A stretch of 64,000 bases of DNA from Ascidiella aspersa (lineage: Eukaryota), in the NCBI GenBank assembly GCA_963924565.1, contig OZ004612.1:26350001-26414000 (forward strand), given 5' to 3'. Shown here in pieces: positions 1 to 13,569 of this stretch. A program made the translations under genes and the position numbers. Numbering within the stretch: position 1 is the stretch's first letter; every line of letters starts with the position of its first letter. The notes below the pieces were generated by a model, which saw only the letters and a list, made by a program, of their open reading frames with translations, had not been told where the DNA came from and did not search any database.

Positions 1-3000
1 ACCACATATTAATTTGGTCCCAAATTATGGCAAATCACTTGAAGATATTTATTACTTGAATATGTGCACTATCATTTAATGTTACAAAAGTTCTGGGAAA
101 GACAATTAGACGCTCTATGGTTCGCTTAATGACTATGGTAGAATAATCATATATTAGGTAAAGGTAAAACAAAATCTAAATTTTGCGTCCAATATAAGGC
201 AAGTGGTACAACTGTAAAGTTGTTTTTAAAAAACTATAGCACATGATGGACATACAGGGTATTTTGTCTGAGACTTAATTTTCCTAACAAACTAATACAA
301 ACTTGTTAAAAAGGATAATTTCAAGGCACGAAAAAAGTTTAACCTGCAAGCGACATAATCACTTGTCCCTTTCGATTAGACGGAGCAGTTTCTCTCATTT
401 CTCTCCCACAAAAAGTTGCCGAGAATTCCCAGATGACGCTGTCGTGCGCACAACTTCCCTCCAAGGAAAAAAGTCACGCAACCGAGATAAAAAAATTACG
501 CGGCTGAATTTGGCAGACTCGATTTCCCGTGGGGCTTTTCCCAAAACTAAAGGTCGCCCGAACCAAACGCTGGAAACATCTACGACCGGATCTAAATATA
601 TAACACGGCGAATCAAATTGAAGCGAAGAGATAGCAAGAGGCTTGGGAATATTTTATTGGAAGCTTGTCCCAAAGGCACTGAGAGCAATCCTAGTAGGAA
701 GTTTTGTAAAAAGAGTCACCAAGTATTTTGTGCTATATAAGTTGAAACCACGTCCGTTTTTTCTTGCGACACTAACAAGATAAATTTGTATTGTTGTTGC
801 AACACGCAACGGATGTCTAAAGCCTGTGTTGCTTGATTCCCACTATATGAAGTTCTTAGTTGAAAAGTGCATTGGTCCTTACCTAGCTAAAAGCATTACC
901 AATGTTTTATCACAAATGGGTGTATACGCACACAGCTTACAAAAAGTTGCAAACGATTGGGGAATTTGAATCGACTCACAACTAATAAAACTGAATTTTA
1001 TTATTCACAAAATCCAAAATCCAGAAACTAACGCTAACCGGACAATTACGGAATGTTTTAACTATAATTAAATCAACGTTTGGCTAAACATATAAACGTA
1101 ATATATATTCATGAATGGGTGTGTGTGTAATCGGAGTAAGCCGGGTAAATAGCCACTTTTTGTTCACCCTGATGGTCAGTTCAAAACCAACCACAACCTA
1201 TAGACGTTTGTGCGAGCAATTACTCGATTGTTTTCCGCCAAACACTAGGCTGTGTAACTAATACAAACGTCGATTTATTCGTATGATATGTCCCTTGTAC
1301 ATGCTGTACTCCGACAAAGTTAGTGGGTTCTTGTTATAAAAAGTCGAATCAACGAATTATACATCCTATAAGCCCTGTGAACAATGTACTCGATTTCTAA
1401 ATGCAAAAATGTTCTATACATATTATACGGAGGACTGGCTAAAGGCGAGTAACGCAGTAATTAATCGTGTAAGGGTCGTTAACGATTTTTATCGAATACT
1501 TTTGCATCTAGAAATAAAGTGCATGCCATGAACGCAGGAATGGTGCAAATAAATGAGCTAATTAATGGCATTTGACTGACCAAGTCCCATTTATGCCTGA
1601 ACCCACGTTTAAGGTAATTACAACATACGAAAAATGATTTATTTTTGCGTGTCCATGAGGTGCTGCGTTCCAAGCTGTCTTTGACATTGACGTTGTTTTA
1701 TTATGTGGTGTGTCACCAAATCGCAGCTTGCTTGAAGTTCAACTTTATTGAAAATCAGTTGGACCAGACATAAAGGTTTCAATTAAGTCGGCTCATTTAT
1801 AGTTTTTGTGCATTAAACCATCTAAAAGATCCAGTGTTGCAAACAAGTGTACTTGAGTGTACTTAAGTCAAGTTATTAGTTTAAGTCAATTCAACACTAC
1901 AAAGATCTCAGTGTATATTATTGGTAATGCCTACTGTAAAATCAAACTCAAGTGATCCTTTTAAAAAAATGTGAAATAACCGTGTTAGAACTAGTTTTTC
2001 CCATATGTTTACCTTTACAATTAAACAAGGATTTCGGTGTCTGCGAAATTAGCTTACCATCTTAGCCAGCGGTTCGTCAAGGGATTAAAATCAGCTAATC
2101 AGCGTTCGGCTGATCAATAAACCCGTAAAAATAGCGCAGGCAATGCAAGTTTCTCCTATACCCGAAAAGGGCAAAATTTGTTTATTGGTGTTGACGTACA
2201 GGCAGGGCGCAAAAATGTGATGGACTGTCTGTGTAATCTTCTCAAGCTTGGCAGGGCTTCAGAGGCGCGGACGAAATTATGTCAGTCGTCAGGGGGGTAG
2301 GGGGGGGGGGACGGAGACGGTTAAACCCCGACTGTCAGGCGAGGTGTAAAAACGGCAACAAAGGCATTAGCGCAACTGCAAACATTCGACGCTCGGCCCG
2401 TCTGTAGTTTGACTGAGGCAAGGTAAACGCCCTCTCCGTTGGTGGCACTTTTTCGTGGCGGATGACCGTTTAACGCTACATCTGCAGAACCGTGTCGCTT
2501 TATGGTAGACGGCATTTTCTAAACCGCGGACAATTTTATTGCTGTCGAAAAAGCCACACAAGCCAATTTCCGTTGTTTTTACCTGTTTTTGAATTTAAGG
2601 CTGATGTTTCGAGAGAAGTGTAGCGTATATCAGATATTTGGAGGTTGTCATTTATTGCATTCAAACGTTTATTTATTCAACTTTCAGTAATTTTTCTTTT
2701 TTTGTTAATTCAAATTTCCATCCGTTGTCGACACAAAAAATATAAATACGTAGAAGTAACCACGACGAATGAGTTCGAAAATCGGGATAGGACCTACACC
2801 TGTTGGAATATGTCCTAAATTATTCGAAAAAGTCCTAAATGGCTGGATCTCACTTGAAATTCTTGCATTTGAAGATTTATTTATCGAAAGAGATAATTTT
2901 TATTTTTTTGATTGGTCAAATTTCTATCCGTTGTATACTGTGCTGCTATTTCCAGTTTAGTCTGGTCAATAAGGTTCGTCGTCTCTTGCATTTTAACAAT

Positions 3001-4860
3001 TAAAAGTTTTGGTAACCTCATCCTGAGAAACATGTTCGGCTAATTTATCGTGATGTTTAAAAGTTTTGTAGCACGAAGTAATTTGTATTTGCAGTTTAGT
3101 ATACTGTTTATGTCAAAACTAATTTACAATATTTTTACCTGCTGTCGATTAATTGTGTTTATTAAAAAGTAATAATAGAAGTACTAATGCCGGCATGAGG
3201 CTTGTGGTTGTTTGCAATATTGGTTTAATTGCTAAACGTTGGAATTTGCTTTGCAAAGAAACGCTGTACAAAATTTAATTATTTAAAATGGTTTTAGTGG
3301 TTTGTGTAACCTCAAAAACTCATTACCATATTGCCACGATTAAGCCGGTCTCAGCGGAACTCAAAACCAGCACTCTTGTCTCTGGAAGGTGACAAATCAC
3401 TTTGCCGCTCTGACACAGTTTAACCTTTGACCCTTTTCGCCATCTCTTGCGCGCCAGAAAGGATTGAATCCGTGGCACCGTGGCACAACAAGCTCAGTGG
3501 CTGCGACCTTTTAAAGAAAATTACTTTTCGACTTAAAAAGTCCCCGGCATCCTACGCCGGCACAGGAATGTCAAACTGGATTGGTTCGCGGCATACTTGT
3601 CCATTTGGGCGCCGTTAAGGCAGTGTGTGCAGTGTGCAACACTTATGGGTCATTTACAAAGTGTTGGGCTTCTTTAGCTTTGGTTGTTTAAACAAATGGT
3701 GTTACTTTTGTAGAATTGCAGCACTCTAAGCGAGGGAATTCCGGTTCTATTGCTTAAAAACAGTTGTCTCCCTATTTCGCGCTCTTATTTGAATTGAATT
3801 ACTCATCGCAATTTGATTAATTACTCAACCGTCGCTATCGCCTCTTTGGTGGCTACAGAGCAGTTGAGGTTTCAATATTCGGCAATTGAGGCTAAATTTG
3901 TGTTTTTTATTATGACTTCAGAGAACTTCCTTGTGAATTTCAGTGACTTTAAATTAGAGCAGTGGGTGCACAAAACATAATAAATCCGTATGAGAGGTTC
4001 TCTACTCTTAAATAAAATTAAAAAACACTGTATTACAGTGTTAGACAAACTTTAGTTAAAAAATATTTTTTTTTTAGTTGTTTTATCTAAAGAATAAAGG
4101 ACCAACACACAATTCTTGTTTGGTTCGCTGATATACTGCATTGGTAAAAAAAAGCAATAAAGGCATAACCCAAGTATGATTTCAAATGAGTATCTACACA
4201 ACATATTGTAATTTTTACCATTTAAAACGACAACAAAATTATAATTTTTATATAAATACTTTTCTTCAACAATACATAATATAACCTCAAATATCATTCT
4301 TTGCATTTAAAACAGTCTATTGCACTAACTAAGGCATCAAGTTAGTTTTGGTACAAAACTTGAAACATATTTCGTCTCTATCAAATTGCCTATTCAGGGC
4401 CATTTCAAAGAGCTGCGTATATGAAATATTGTCTGGGTGAAAGGGCATACAGTGTTTTTCCATGATAATGATATAGATTCGGATATAACTGTTGCACAAA
4501 ATTGTGCCTCCAACGTCGAAAACGGGGCCCATAAGAACAGGGTTTGAATTCAAATTGCAGTTTACGACATTCAGTAACAATAAAGGGCGGATATTATCGA
4601 GTGACTTCCAAGGGATTTACTTCAATGGTGACCACATTAAAGCGAAAGGTTTTTTCTTTGGATTGTGGAAAGTTATACACTGCTTTCCCAGTGAATTACA
4701 CGTTTGGGAGAAATTCCGTCCTTTATACTTTAAGTGGCCGAACGAAAACAGCAATAAAAGATAAATTTCTATTTGTTGCGATTGTGTTTGCTTTGCGAAA
4801 TATTGGTCAGGGCCGTGTCCAATATTTCTTAAAGTTTATTATGAATTATTGATGCCAATG

Positions 4861-5088
4861 CTGGGACTTGATTATAACTTGGGTCACTAATGACTTGAGC
4901 TGGGAATTGGTTTTTTATTGAAAATATTATTTTTAGTGAAAATGAATCAACTTGGACTTCAGTTATTTTGCAAATGACTTGACTGGGGCTTAAGTCATTT
5001 AACAAATGACTTTTCTTGGACTCAGGTTATTTAGCAAATGACTTAACTGGGACATTAGTCATTATGAAACGACTTGTAAACAACACTC
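4861..5088 (+). mobile_element. Family C element, 3' part
   Basis: ACTTGGGTCACTAATGACTTG, repeated AAATGACTT units, ends GACTTGTAAACAACACT. Confidence 0.65.
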
Positions 5089-5605
5089 TTTTTTACCATT
5101 TCGTCAGGACGTGTGTAGACTTCACAGAAGCGATACCGAAACATGTGGATTCTACCAATAAACGGAGCTTAAAAGCTATAACGCGACAAAATCGAAAAAC
5201 TTCAAAAAAACAACGCAAAGGTTCCCAAGCCGCTCAGCTTACGACTTTAAAAACGTAAACGGGAATAAAAAAGTGGAAAATCGTGTGTGGGTGGGTTTGA
5301 TCCCTCCTCCCACACCAAATAAACTATAGCAAACCTCAGGCTTTGAATGAAATCGCGACATTGTATTACGTCACAAGGCGCGTGCGGCGACATCAAAGGC
5401 CTACCTGGCGGAGGGGAATCACCGTCTCGATGGCGGATCCGTTTCGCGAACCGTGTTTCGTCGCGGATCTAATGACGCTCTCGTGTTTAGACGAGCCTCT
5501 TCAAAGGTGCGCGGGTAACGTTATACGTTAGGAGTGCCGCCGCTACATCTGATGCTAATACTACTGCTGCTGCTTCTGCTGGTGCTGCAGTTGTATTGCT
5601 GCCTA

Positions 5606-5989
5606 TAGGGATGTCTGATATTAGACGTTTTATATCGGTGCCGATATACGTTATTTTAGACAAACTGTATCGCGACCAAATGCCAAGTTTACGCCATTGC
5701 TTTGCTCAAATAAGCAAAAAATTATCTTACAAGACATTAAAAGGCATTATTTCCTGGTTATTTGGCTAATATTTTCGACGTGGTTAGGCCCCTTAGCCTG
5801 TTCTGCTATATTACAATGTTTAATTTTTTTCTTTTAAGGTAGAAATCGCTTCGTTGAATCGCACATTATGTCTAAAATTATTAATTTGGCATGGGATCGG
5901 CACCGGTCCACCTTAGTATCGGACATAACCAATGCTACCAATTGATATCACGTATCGGCGCCGATCCGATATTATCGGACATCCCTCTA
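5606..5989. mobile_element. hAT-like MITE with TAGGGATG termini and CCGAT/ATCGG subterminal repeats
   Basis: AGGGATGTCTGATA ... TATCGGACATCCCT inverted ends and multiple ATCGG/CCGAT motifs. Flanks GCTGCCTA / GCTGCAAT form a degenerate 8-bp TSD. Confidence 0.7.
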
Positions 5990-7054
5990 GCTGCAATGCC
6001 AAATTTGGGGAAATTTTCCACATGTGTTACGTTTTGCTGCAGTGGAACCACTATTTTACTATAAATTCAAAACCACTATTTTGCTATACAAGTTATACTT
6101 GAGTATATTAAAGCTTGAAATTAATTAAAATTGCTCCAAGCGCCTTAGATTTAGATGATGAGGGAAGAGAGTGAATTCAATTTGCGTTGACCTCGCTAAA
6201 ATTACTCTTTTAATATATTACCCACTCGCGTAGCAGCTGAAGATCATTCGCGAACCACAAGTACAGTGGTATAGGTGTACGACGTTTCAAGAACCACTGT
6301 TTTACAGCATATAATGTCTGATAACGCGTGTGTCAGCTCTTGTGCAAACCTTAAAGGGCAGCGTTTTGCTTATATCTATACCCACTATTATTTATATGTT
6401 TTGTACTTTATAAACTTCTGACTCATTGGCTAAAATTCGGATACAGTATATAAGGATTTTTGAATATTACATATAATAGGGCTCATGCAATTGTCTTTAT
6501 TTAGCAATTTAACAAAGTTGTCAAACCCCAATTACTGTAAACTCAGATCATTATCATCGGATGGTTTAAAGGGGCGCTGAGAAATCGCCTGATCGACGTT
6601 GAGCAATTTGTCCAGTTTACAAGACCCAACAAAGACACCTACATTGTACCACTTGCCCGAAACAAGGCCATCAAAACAGCGGCGTCAAAAAATCGAAAAG
6701 ATGGGGCGCGAAGTGTAGGGTTTCGGCAACACGTTTTGGTACTTATACGTTTAGAGGGCGACCCTTCGAAATCCTTCCAAACGCGCGAAACTGGAGAGGG
6801 GCTATTAAAATCGTTTTTTTTTTTTGGGGGGGGGGGGTGTTAAGGGGGTCGTTAATCGCGTTTCAGCCCCGTATCACTGACATGTGCCCACGTCTTTCAA
6901 ATTTTCGCTCTTGCCAAATCGTGGCCGTTAAGGGAATGGTGCTTCTCGCAAATTACTGCGCAGTTCTCGGGACAACATAAGGTAATTTAATAGTTTTTTG
7001 TGCAATCGGTCATGGCTTTTTGAAAACAATTAAACGAAGCAATAATCCGGTCTC

Positions 7055-7690
7055 GCTATGTCTCCAATGCTATTCGAAACCCTTATTATTATGTTAGTTT
7101 CTACCCTATTTTTAAGGTTTGACTTTGCTGACCGCGAATAAGTTTAAGATGCCTCAACTATTCTATTTCAGTAAATCTATAAACAATCTTTGAGGCCTTA
7201 AAGCAATTACGCGCGAAAACGCTATTTCTCCAATGCTATTCGAAACCCTTATTATAATGTTAGTTGCTACCCTATTTTTAAGGTTTGACTTTGCTGACCG
7301 CGAATAAGTTTAAGACGCCTCAACTATTCTATTTCAGTAAATCTATAAACAATCTTTGAGGCCTTAAAGCAATTACGCGCGAAAACGCTATTTCTCCAAT
7401 GCTATTCGAAACCCTTATTATTATGTTAGTTTCTACCCTATTTTTAAGGTTTGACTTTGCTGACCGCGAATAAGTTTAAGACGCCTCAACTATTCTATTT
7501 CAGTAAATCTATAAACAATCTTTGAGGCCTTAAAGCAATTACGCGCGAAAACGCTATTTCTCCAATGCTATTCGAAACCCTTATTATTATGTTAGTTTCT
7601 ACCCTACTTTTTAAGGTTTGACTATGCTGACCGCGATGAAGTTTAAGAGGCCTTAATGAATATTCAATTACAGTAAACCTATAAATAATC
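7055..7690. repeat. 166-bp tandem repeat, ~3.8 copies
   Basis: TCTCCAATGCTATTCGAAACCC recurs at 7061, 7227, 7393 and 7559. The first three units are nearly identical and the fourth diverges. Confidence 0.95.
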
Positions 7691-9169
7691 GTGGTTCTTA
7701 AGTCGCCGAAATGATGAAATAGCGTTCGTCATGCGCTCCTATAGAGAAATACCACGGCGCCGAAGTTGGATCATAGTTGAAAACGACACGAAAGATCCTC
7801 TTACATCACATGTCTACGCAAAAAACTTCAGTCGGCTAAAATTGCGCACATTTCAAACATGCGGAATAAAATGAAGGCAAATCGTAGCAATTTAGCAGGA
7901 CGAATGCAGTCCGATTTATCAATCACGCGAACCCGACCCAAAATCCCCGAGAATTACATTTTTCCAGTTTTCCATGTTTCCCGATGGATTGCTTTCGCAT
8001 GCATGCTGCACGCGTGCCGCTTTTGTGCGTTATTAAATCAGGCATTGGCTTGCTCCACGAAAAATCGCACGAGTCCGAATGCCACGTGTTAGAAGCAGAT
8101 CAAAGTCGGCGAGATCACAGGCGGTGCTGGTAGCAACACGCGTGAGCCAAAACTAATTGGAGAGAGATTGAATTTCAGCCGGTCGATAACTTATAGGCGT
8201 TTGAACTGAAATTGTGACGGGGAGAAGGTGTTTAAAAAAACACGAGCTTCTATTAACTTCCTGTGTTTTTTTACTTTGCCGCTTTTAAATCGAGGTTAAC
8301 ATGCCGCCACTATTGTTTATTAGTTGTTCTTTTTTTGGAAGCTCTGACATGCAAATCGGTCCAAAATTAATTCGAAATAACAAACTACATTCCCACCAAC
8401 TTCGAGAAAACTCTATGACTGAAACAAACTTGATTTCAAGCTTTCAAACCTGAAATGTATTAAGCAAAACTTTAAAGTAATTTTATAAAGCTAATGTAAA
8501 GAAACTTGGGAAATATAATTAAAGCCGTCAGTTAAAGTTTGAAATCCGAAGCAAGAAAAACTGAATAACGTTTGTAACACGTTTTTATATGAGTTCGTTT
8601 TGTAAAGCAGCTGGATAACCCCTTAAAAGCGAGATAACATAATCCCAATCCGGTTGTATGAAATGGCCTTAAAAAATTACCTAAACGGTTGCAATGATTT
8701 ATTGAGAGAATAAAAGGAAAAACATGTTATAAAAAATAAAAAATGCATTGATTGCAATTACTTTAACTTTCAAACAAATGTTTATAAAAAAATTAAAAAT
8801 TGTAATGATTGCCAAACCGCAGTTCTAACTTAACATTAAGATCAGTGAAAAGCCAAAACTGTCTCACTAAATATAGCCATATATTCGTGTATAGGTATAG
8901 GTTTTTGCCTACTTAGTAAAATTTACAGGATGTACAATAAGGTATGTTTTGATTTTGGGGTATTTCAGTTCTGTTAGACGATAATGAGCTAGGTCCTGAC
9001 TAACACATCGAAAGTTCTTTTGGTGCAGAATTGACCAGAAAGTTAGACAATTTTAGGAAAGGGGCGCAGTTTATTTTAAAAATTTCTTGTTTGCCAAGCA
9101 ACCTGCAGGTTCAAAGGCTAAGTGTTCACCTGGGTGCAAATACCCCAACATTCCCGCCAAGTAACAAAC

Positions 9170-9780
9170 AACATAGTTGCGTAGGTGGCACAACGCAAAC
9201 TCCCAGCGAGCGTGCGAACCAAAGTTATAAGGGGGCGCGTCGCCGCCTAAATCAACAGGGGCGTCGAAACACCAAGATAGATAGAGAAAAAACCCAAGGA
9301 TTAAAAGGCGTAATGCGTCACGCTCCAGTGAACTTCAACGACCGGGCAAACGCGACACGTGACGGATCACGTGACGCCGGTTACGCTCCGTTGCGCACAG
9401 AGCAGCGGCGGCTAAAAATGATAATAAGTAGTTAGGCGGCGATGACACATCGATTCTATAGAGCGCCGGTCCATTGTGACTCATCACTTGTCGCGCCAGC
9501 TAGTGTGTTTGCGCATGCGCGGGCGCGTGCAATCGCGATCGCCTTACGTATCGACTTGCCCCCTCACCCTTGCCCCCTAAATAATGCCCCCCCTCGAGTT
9601 TGACGAAGCGAAAAGGGTTACACCGAGTGTCGGTTTTGTTTTGGGTGCTCCGTGTCGCGAAGGTAGGGGGAGGGGGCACCGGTCACGATTTTTTCGCGGG
9701 GGGGGGGGGAGATTATTCATTCCCTTGTCATTTCGCCGAACTGTTGAGGCATTTTTCCCACACCGAACGCAAATTTAGTG
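9170..9780. promoter_or_regulatory. Promoter-like CpG island (NRF1, tandem CACGTG E-boxes, AP-1, G/C runs)
   Basis: GCGCATGCGC at 9511-9520, CACGTG at 9356 and 9368, TGACTCA ~9477, C-runs at 9559-9593 and G-runs at 9666-9709. Confidence 0.4.
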
Positions 9781-11486
9781 TGTGAAACATTTAAGATATT
9801 CTGATGGAAGATATAGGGCAATTGCTGTGTTTGTTCATGGTAAAGCTGCTAAGATGATACACTGATTTCCTTTTCCTCAAAATAACATGAGACACAACTT
9901 GATTTTATTTCGTGGTGATGTTTTGTGTGTTGTGGGCGATTTTTAGAGGCGGGTAGCTTACTTTATTTAATTACCTTGCAAAAATGTGACGGCTCATTTT
10001 TTCAGGAAACTGAATTATATGTTATTTATTGAAATTCCATAACTATTGCAGTAAAATGTGATTTAACAATCGTGTTTATGGTTTTCTCATTGAAAATGTA
10101 TACCAAATTATTAAACGTTTAACAAGTCGAAAATGCCATGTAGATATTCATGGGTAAAATATTAAACCAAAAAGCGACCACTTGCAACGCAAGATTAGTT
10201 CTATAGTGTTTTGATGATATTTAAGAAAATGTGCGAGGATTGTATTTGGGTGAAACAAATAGAATTGAAACAGCTTGCAAAATTTTCTGTCCATGACGCA
10301 TTGAGTTGGTTGTGTTGGGGTCATAGAAAACAACTGTCGCAACATGTTTTGGGTAAACTCACCCTTGTACTGTATATGGGGCAGTGATATTAATCACCCT
10401 TTAGGTCCCAGCTAAACAGAATGGAAACGTGAATCATTCGACATTAGAACACGAGCGAAACCCTTTCAGCATTTTGCCTTTTCCGGTCGACGACAAACCT
10501 CTTAAAATTCCGCGTTCGGCAACAAATTTTCCAAAATTTTGATATAAAAGCATAACGTGGGAGAAACGGAACACGGAAAAGGTAATTTTGTAAGTAGCGA
10601 GGACAAGGTATGGTCACGTTTTTTACTGGGGAAAGCGGATTTGCAAATCCGAAGATTACGCACCGGACCTATTTGGATTCCGGGACTTGAATCGTATTAA
10701 AACAGCCGAAAAAAATAGGAAAAGGATGTTGTAAAAGGTGCTTATATTTAAAAAGTTATACTTGTCGTTTCAAGGTTAGGGGAGGAAATTCAAACTTATG
10801 GGTCACGAAAGTAATCACAGTGCCGATGTTTATTGCAATTGAAAATAGATTAAACCGACAGATACAGGATGTTTACGTTTTCCTTATTTTTGACCCAATT
10901 GTCATTAAGTTACATTTGGGTCTCTGATTTTTCTTTCAAACATGTCGAAAATTACTTATAGGGGGTTAAAGCGCTTTATAGGGAGTTAAAGCGTTTAAAA
11001 TTCGGTAAAAATTAATACAAAGTCACCGCGACCTATTGCTATGGTGACTGTCTTTTTTTCCGATTTGCCTCAACGGGCGGATCTAATTTGGCCAAATCAG
11101 TATACATTGGTGCACGTGGTTAGAAATGACCTCTGTGATGTGGTATACGATCCATATCCACCGAACCTCACGAAAGAGAAAGAATACAGAGCTAAACTTA
11201 TTGGCAAACTATACAGCGAGACGGTCCCGGGTATTTGAAGTCGCCATTTAAAGGAGTCTATTATAACTGGGGTCTATATAGCGCGCGGCCGCCGAAGCCT
11301 GACTAAGCCTTCATTTAGTGGCGAAGGTTGATGTGGCGAAATCGGTCGGCGGCCCTTCAAAGCGAAATGCGAACCATGACGGAATAATTTCGCCCAGGAT
11401 CGACCAAACACCAAAACGGCCAGGTTGACTGGCCAATTAGTTTGACTGGCCAAGCTGAATATGAATTTCAGAAGCCATAAAATAAG

Positions 11487-11822
11487 TAACTTGATGATGA
11501 ATCTCAAAGCCTAAAAGGTGGAGTAAATCGACATCATCTTGATAAAGTCGTTTCGCTACGTAACTGGTATCATCATCAGTTAATGTGTGCACTGTACCAA
11601 TTCAGCAATTCTGCACATTAACCGATGGTGAATAAACTGCTTAACGAAGCCCCTTTTTTAGAATTGCGTTCCAACTTTTATAAATAAGGTTTGGATTATA
11701 TTTCAGTCGCATTACCTGATGATAATACAAGTGTGTATGGAAAATTTATTTTCAATATGATGCCTCTTTGCTCGACATTTTTAGCTTTGAGATTCAATAT
11801 TAAGCAAAATTACAGATCCGTG
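11487..11822. mobile_element. Palindromic MITE family B copy (diverged, longer spacer)
   Basis: TAACTTGATGATGAATCTCAAAGCCTAAAAGGTGGAGTAAATCGACATCATCTTGATAAAG ... GCTTTGAGATTCAATATTAAGCAAAATTACAGATCCG. Confidence 0.7.
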
Positions 11823-12901
11823 TATAAGAAAGTTAAATACATAACATAAGTGTTCTTTAAATTTTGTGCCGTTTTTATAAGTCGTCAGTTTCCAATTGCA
11901 ACTCTTCAAAGCAGTTAGCTGTTTGTTTTTTTCCATTTTTTGCACAAACAAAAAGCGTTAAAAGGTGTGCTTTTGAAGTAAAGCATCCCAAAACAGCCCG
12001 AAATTTTTTGAAGGCCCGGCGGCCGAGCGATAAGGAACGCGCTGAATGTTTACCAAACAGCTTGTTTTGTCGCGGCTCGCTGGGAATTCTGGACGCCTAT
12101 ACTATTCCCCCCAGCCCAGCTAATGTGTCGCCGGGGATTAGGCCGGGTCGTGCGAACTAACCTGAGCTTTTCCTTCATTAAATCCCGACGCTTTTGTCCC
12201 TTCAATAGCTTCTCGGATACTTTTGAAGCCCGGGTATTCCCGACGGGGTGAAAATGACGTGATTGGCAATTTATTTTTTTGCCGCGCGAAATGCTTAAAA
12301 GTGTGTGTTGGAGTTGCTGTGGAAACTTAAAAAAGGGGCAATTGGCGGTTATTGGAGCGTTTCAGCTTAATTTGTTAAACTTGGAACCATATTTTTCCAT
12401 TCTTGATTAAAAGTGTATATCGGTTTAGCTGTGAAAACTTTTCAAAAAAGGGCACTTTTTTTGAGCCGTTTCAGCTTGATTTTTTCGAGTTTGGCCATAT
12501 TTTCCCATTCTTGACTAGTAATTTTAGATGTTGACTTTAATCAAAAAGTGGCAGCTATAAAGTAGGAACTTCTGCCATACTTTATCAAGCAAAGTCAGTT
12601 ATTCTGTCGTGCTGTTGACCTTATATCGAGAATTTGGACCAACGTGAAAAAGTGTATTGTCTCTTAACTCACAGTGAGATACCGTTTGAACAAGATTTCA
12701 TTTTCCTTATATTGTACAGCTGTTGTAAGTAGACCTAGGCAAAACTAAATTTGTAAGGGTGATTTTTGGTTTTCAATTAGCATTTCAAGGTTTCCCTCAT
12801 CAAAATTAAAACATCAGTTCAACAGCAAAGTGCAGCTATAAAAATATCTGTTTCTTCTGGACAAATATAACAGACTGCTTGCCTAATTGGTTAATGTGCC
12901 T

Positions 12902-13030
12902 TAATCCCGTACACATATAATCCCGTACACATATAAATCTACAAGAAATACCTAAATGAACCTAAATGAAATCTACAAGTGATACACAAATGAAATCTAC
13001 AAGAAAAAATCTTGAAATCTACAAGAAATG
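12902..13030 (+). repeat. Short tandem repeats (TAATCCCGTACACATA x2; AAATCTACAAG x4)
   Basis: Directly visible. Confidence 0.7.
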
Positions 13031-13254
13031 CCATCATACAGCATTGCCGTAAGGAATACAATTCCCACCTGAACGCCTGCCTTACATTTGCGCACACATA
13101 ACGCCGCTGTGTGAGTAGCAAAAAACATGGCGCAAACCAACATATAGGCCAAAATGGCAGGAGCAGAAAAACAGTGCACAGGACCAGGACAATGTATTTA
13201 ATGACTGACATAGCAACGAGAGGCCACTGTGCAATGGTCTAAGTTACTATAAGT

Positions 13255-13444
13255 ATAACTTGATAATGAATTGCCAAAAAGGCCTATAGTAGATCGCGTC
13301 ATCTTAATTAAGACGTTTCGATACGAGCTTGTATCATCGTCAGTTAATGTAACTGAGAAATACATCGTTTTAATCAAGATGATGTCGATCTACTCGACCT
13401 TTTATGCTTTGCAATTTATTACCAAGCCAAATTACAGATCCGTG
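13255..13444. mobile_element. Palindromic MITE family B copy
   Basis: Left arm AACTTGATAATGAATTGCC...AGTAGATCGCGTCATCTTAATTAAGACG pairs with right arm CGTTTTAATCAAGATGATGTCGATCTACTCGACC...TTACAGATCCG. Confidence 0.75.
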
Positions 13445-13569
13445 AAAAGTGTACCCTACTATGAGTAACATGTTAAAGTTTTCTTAGTTAGCGTTTGTTT
13501 TTCTTGGATATTTAACGGTAAGCTTTTGGGGATGATTGGATAGACTCCACAGAGAACTCATCAACTTAA

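Noticed and set aside
303-740. 145-aa basic ORF
   Set aside because: TTG start, no domain similarity or splice context.
12875-12910. tRNA A-box-like sequence (TTGCCTAATTGGTTAA)
   Set aside because: No B box or cloverleaf follows.
12670-13231. CACAGTG ... CACTGTG as Transib/RSS-like termini
   Set aside because: Similarity is limited to the heptamer, with no extended TIR, nonamer or 5-bp TSD.
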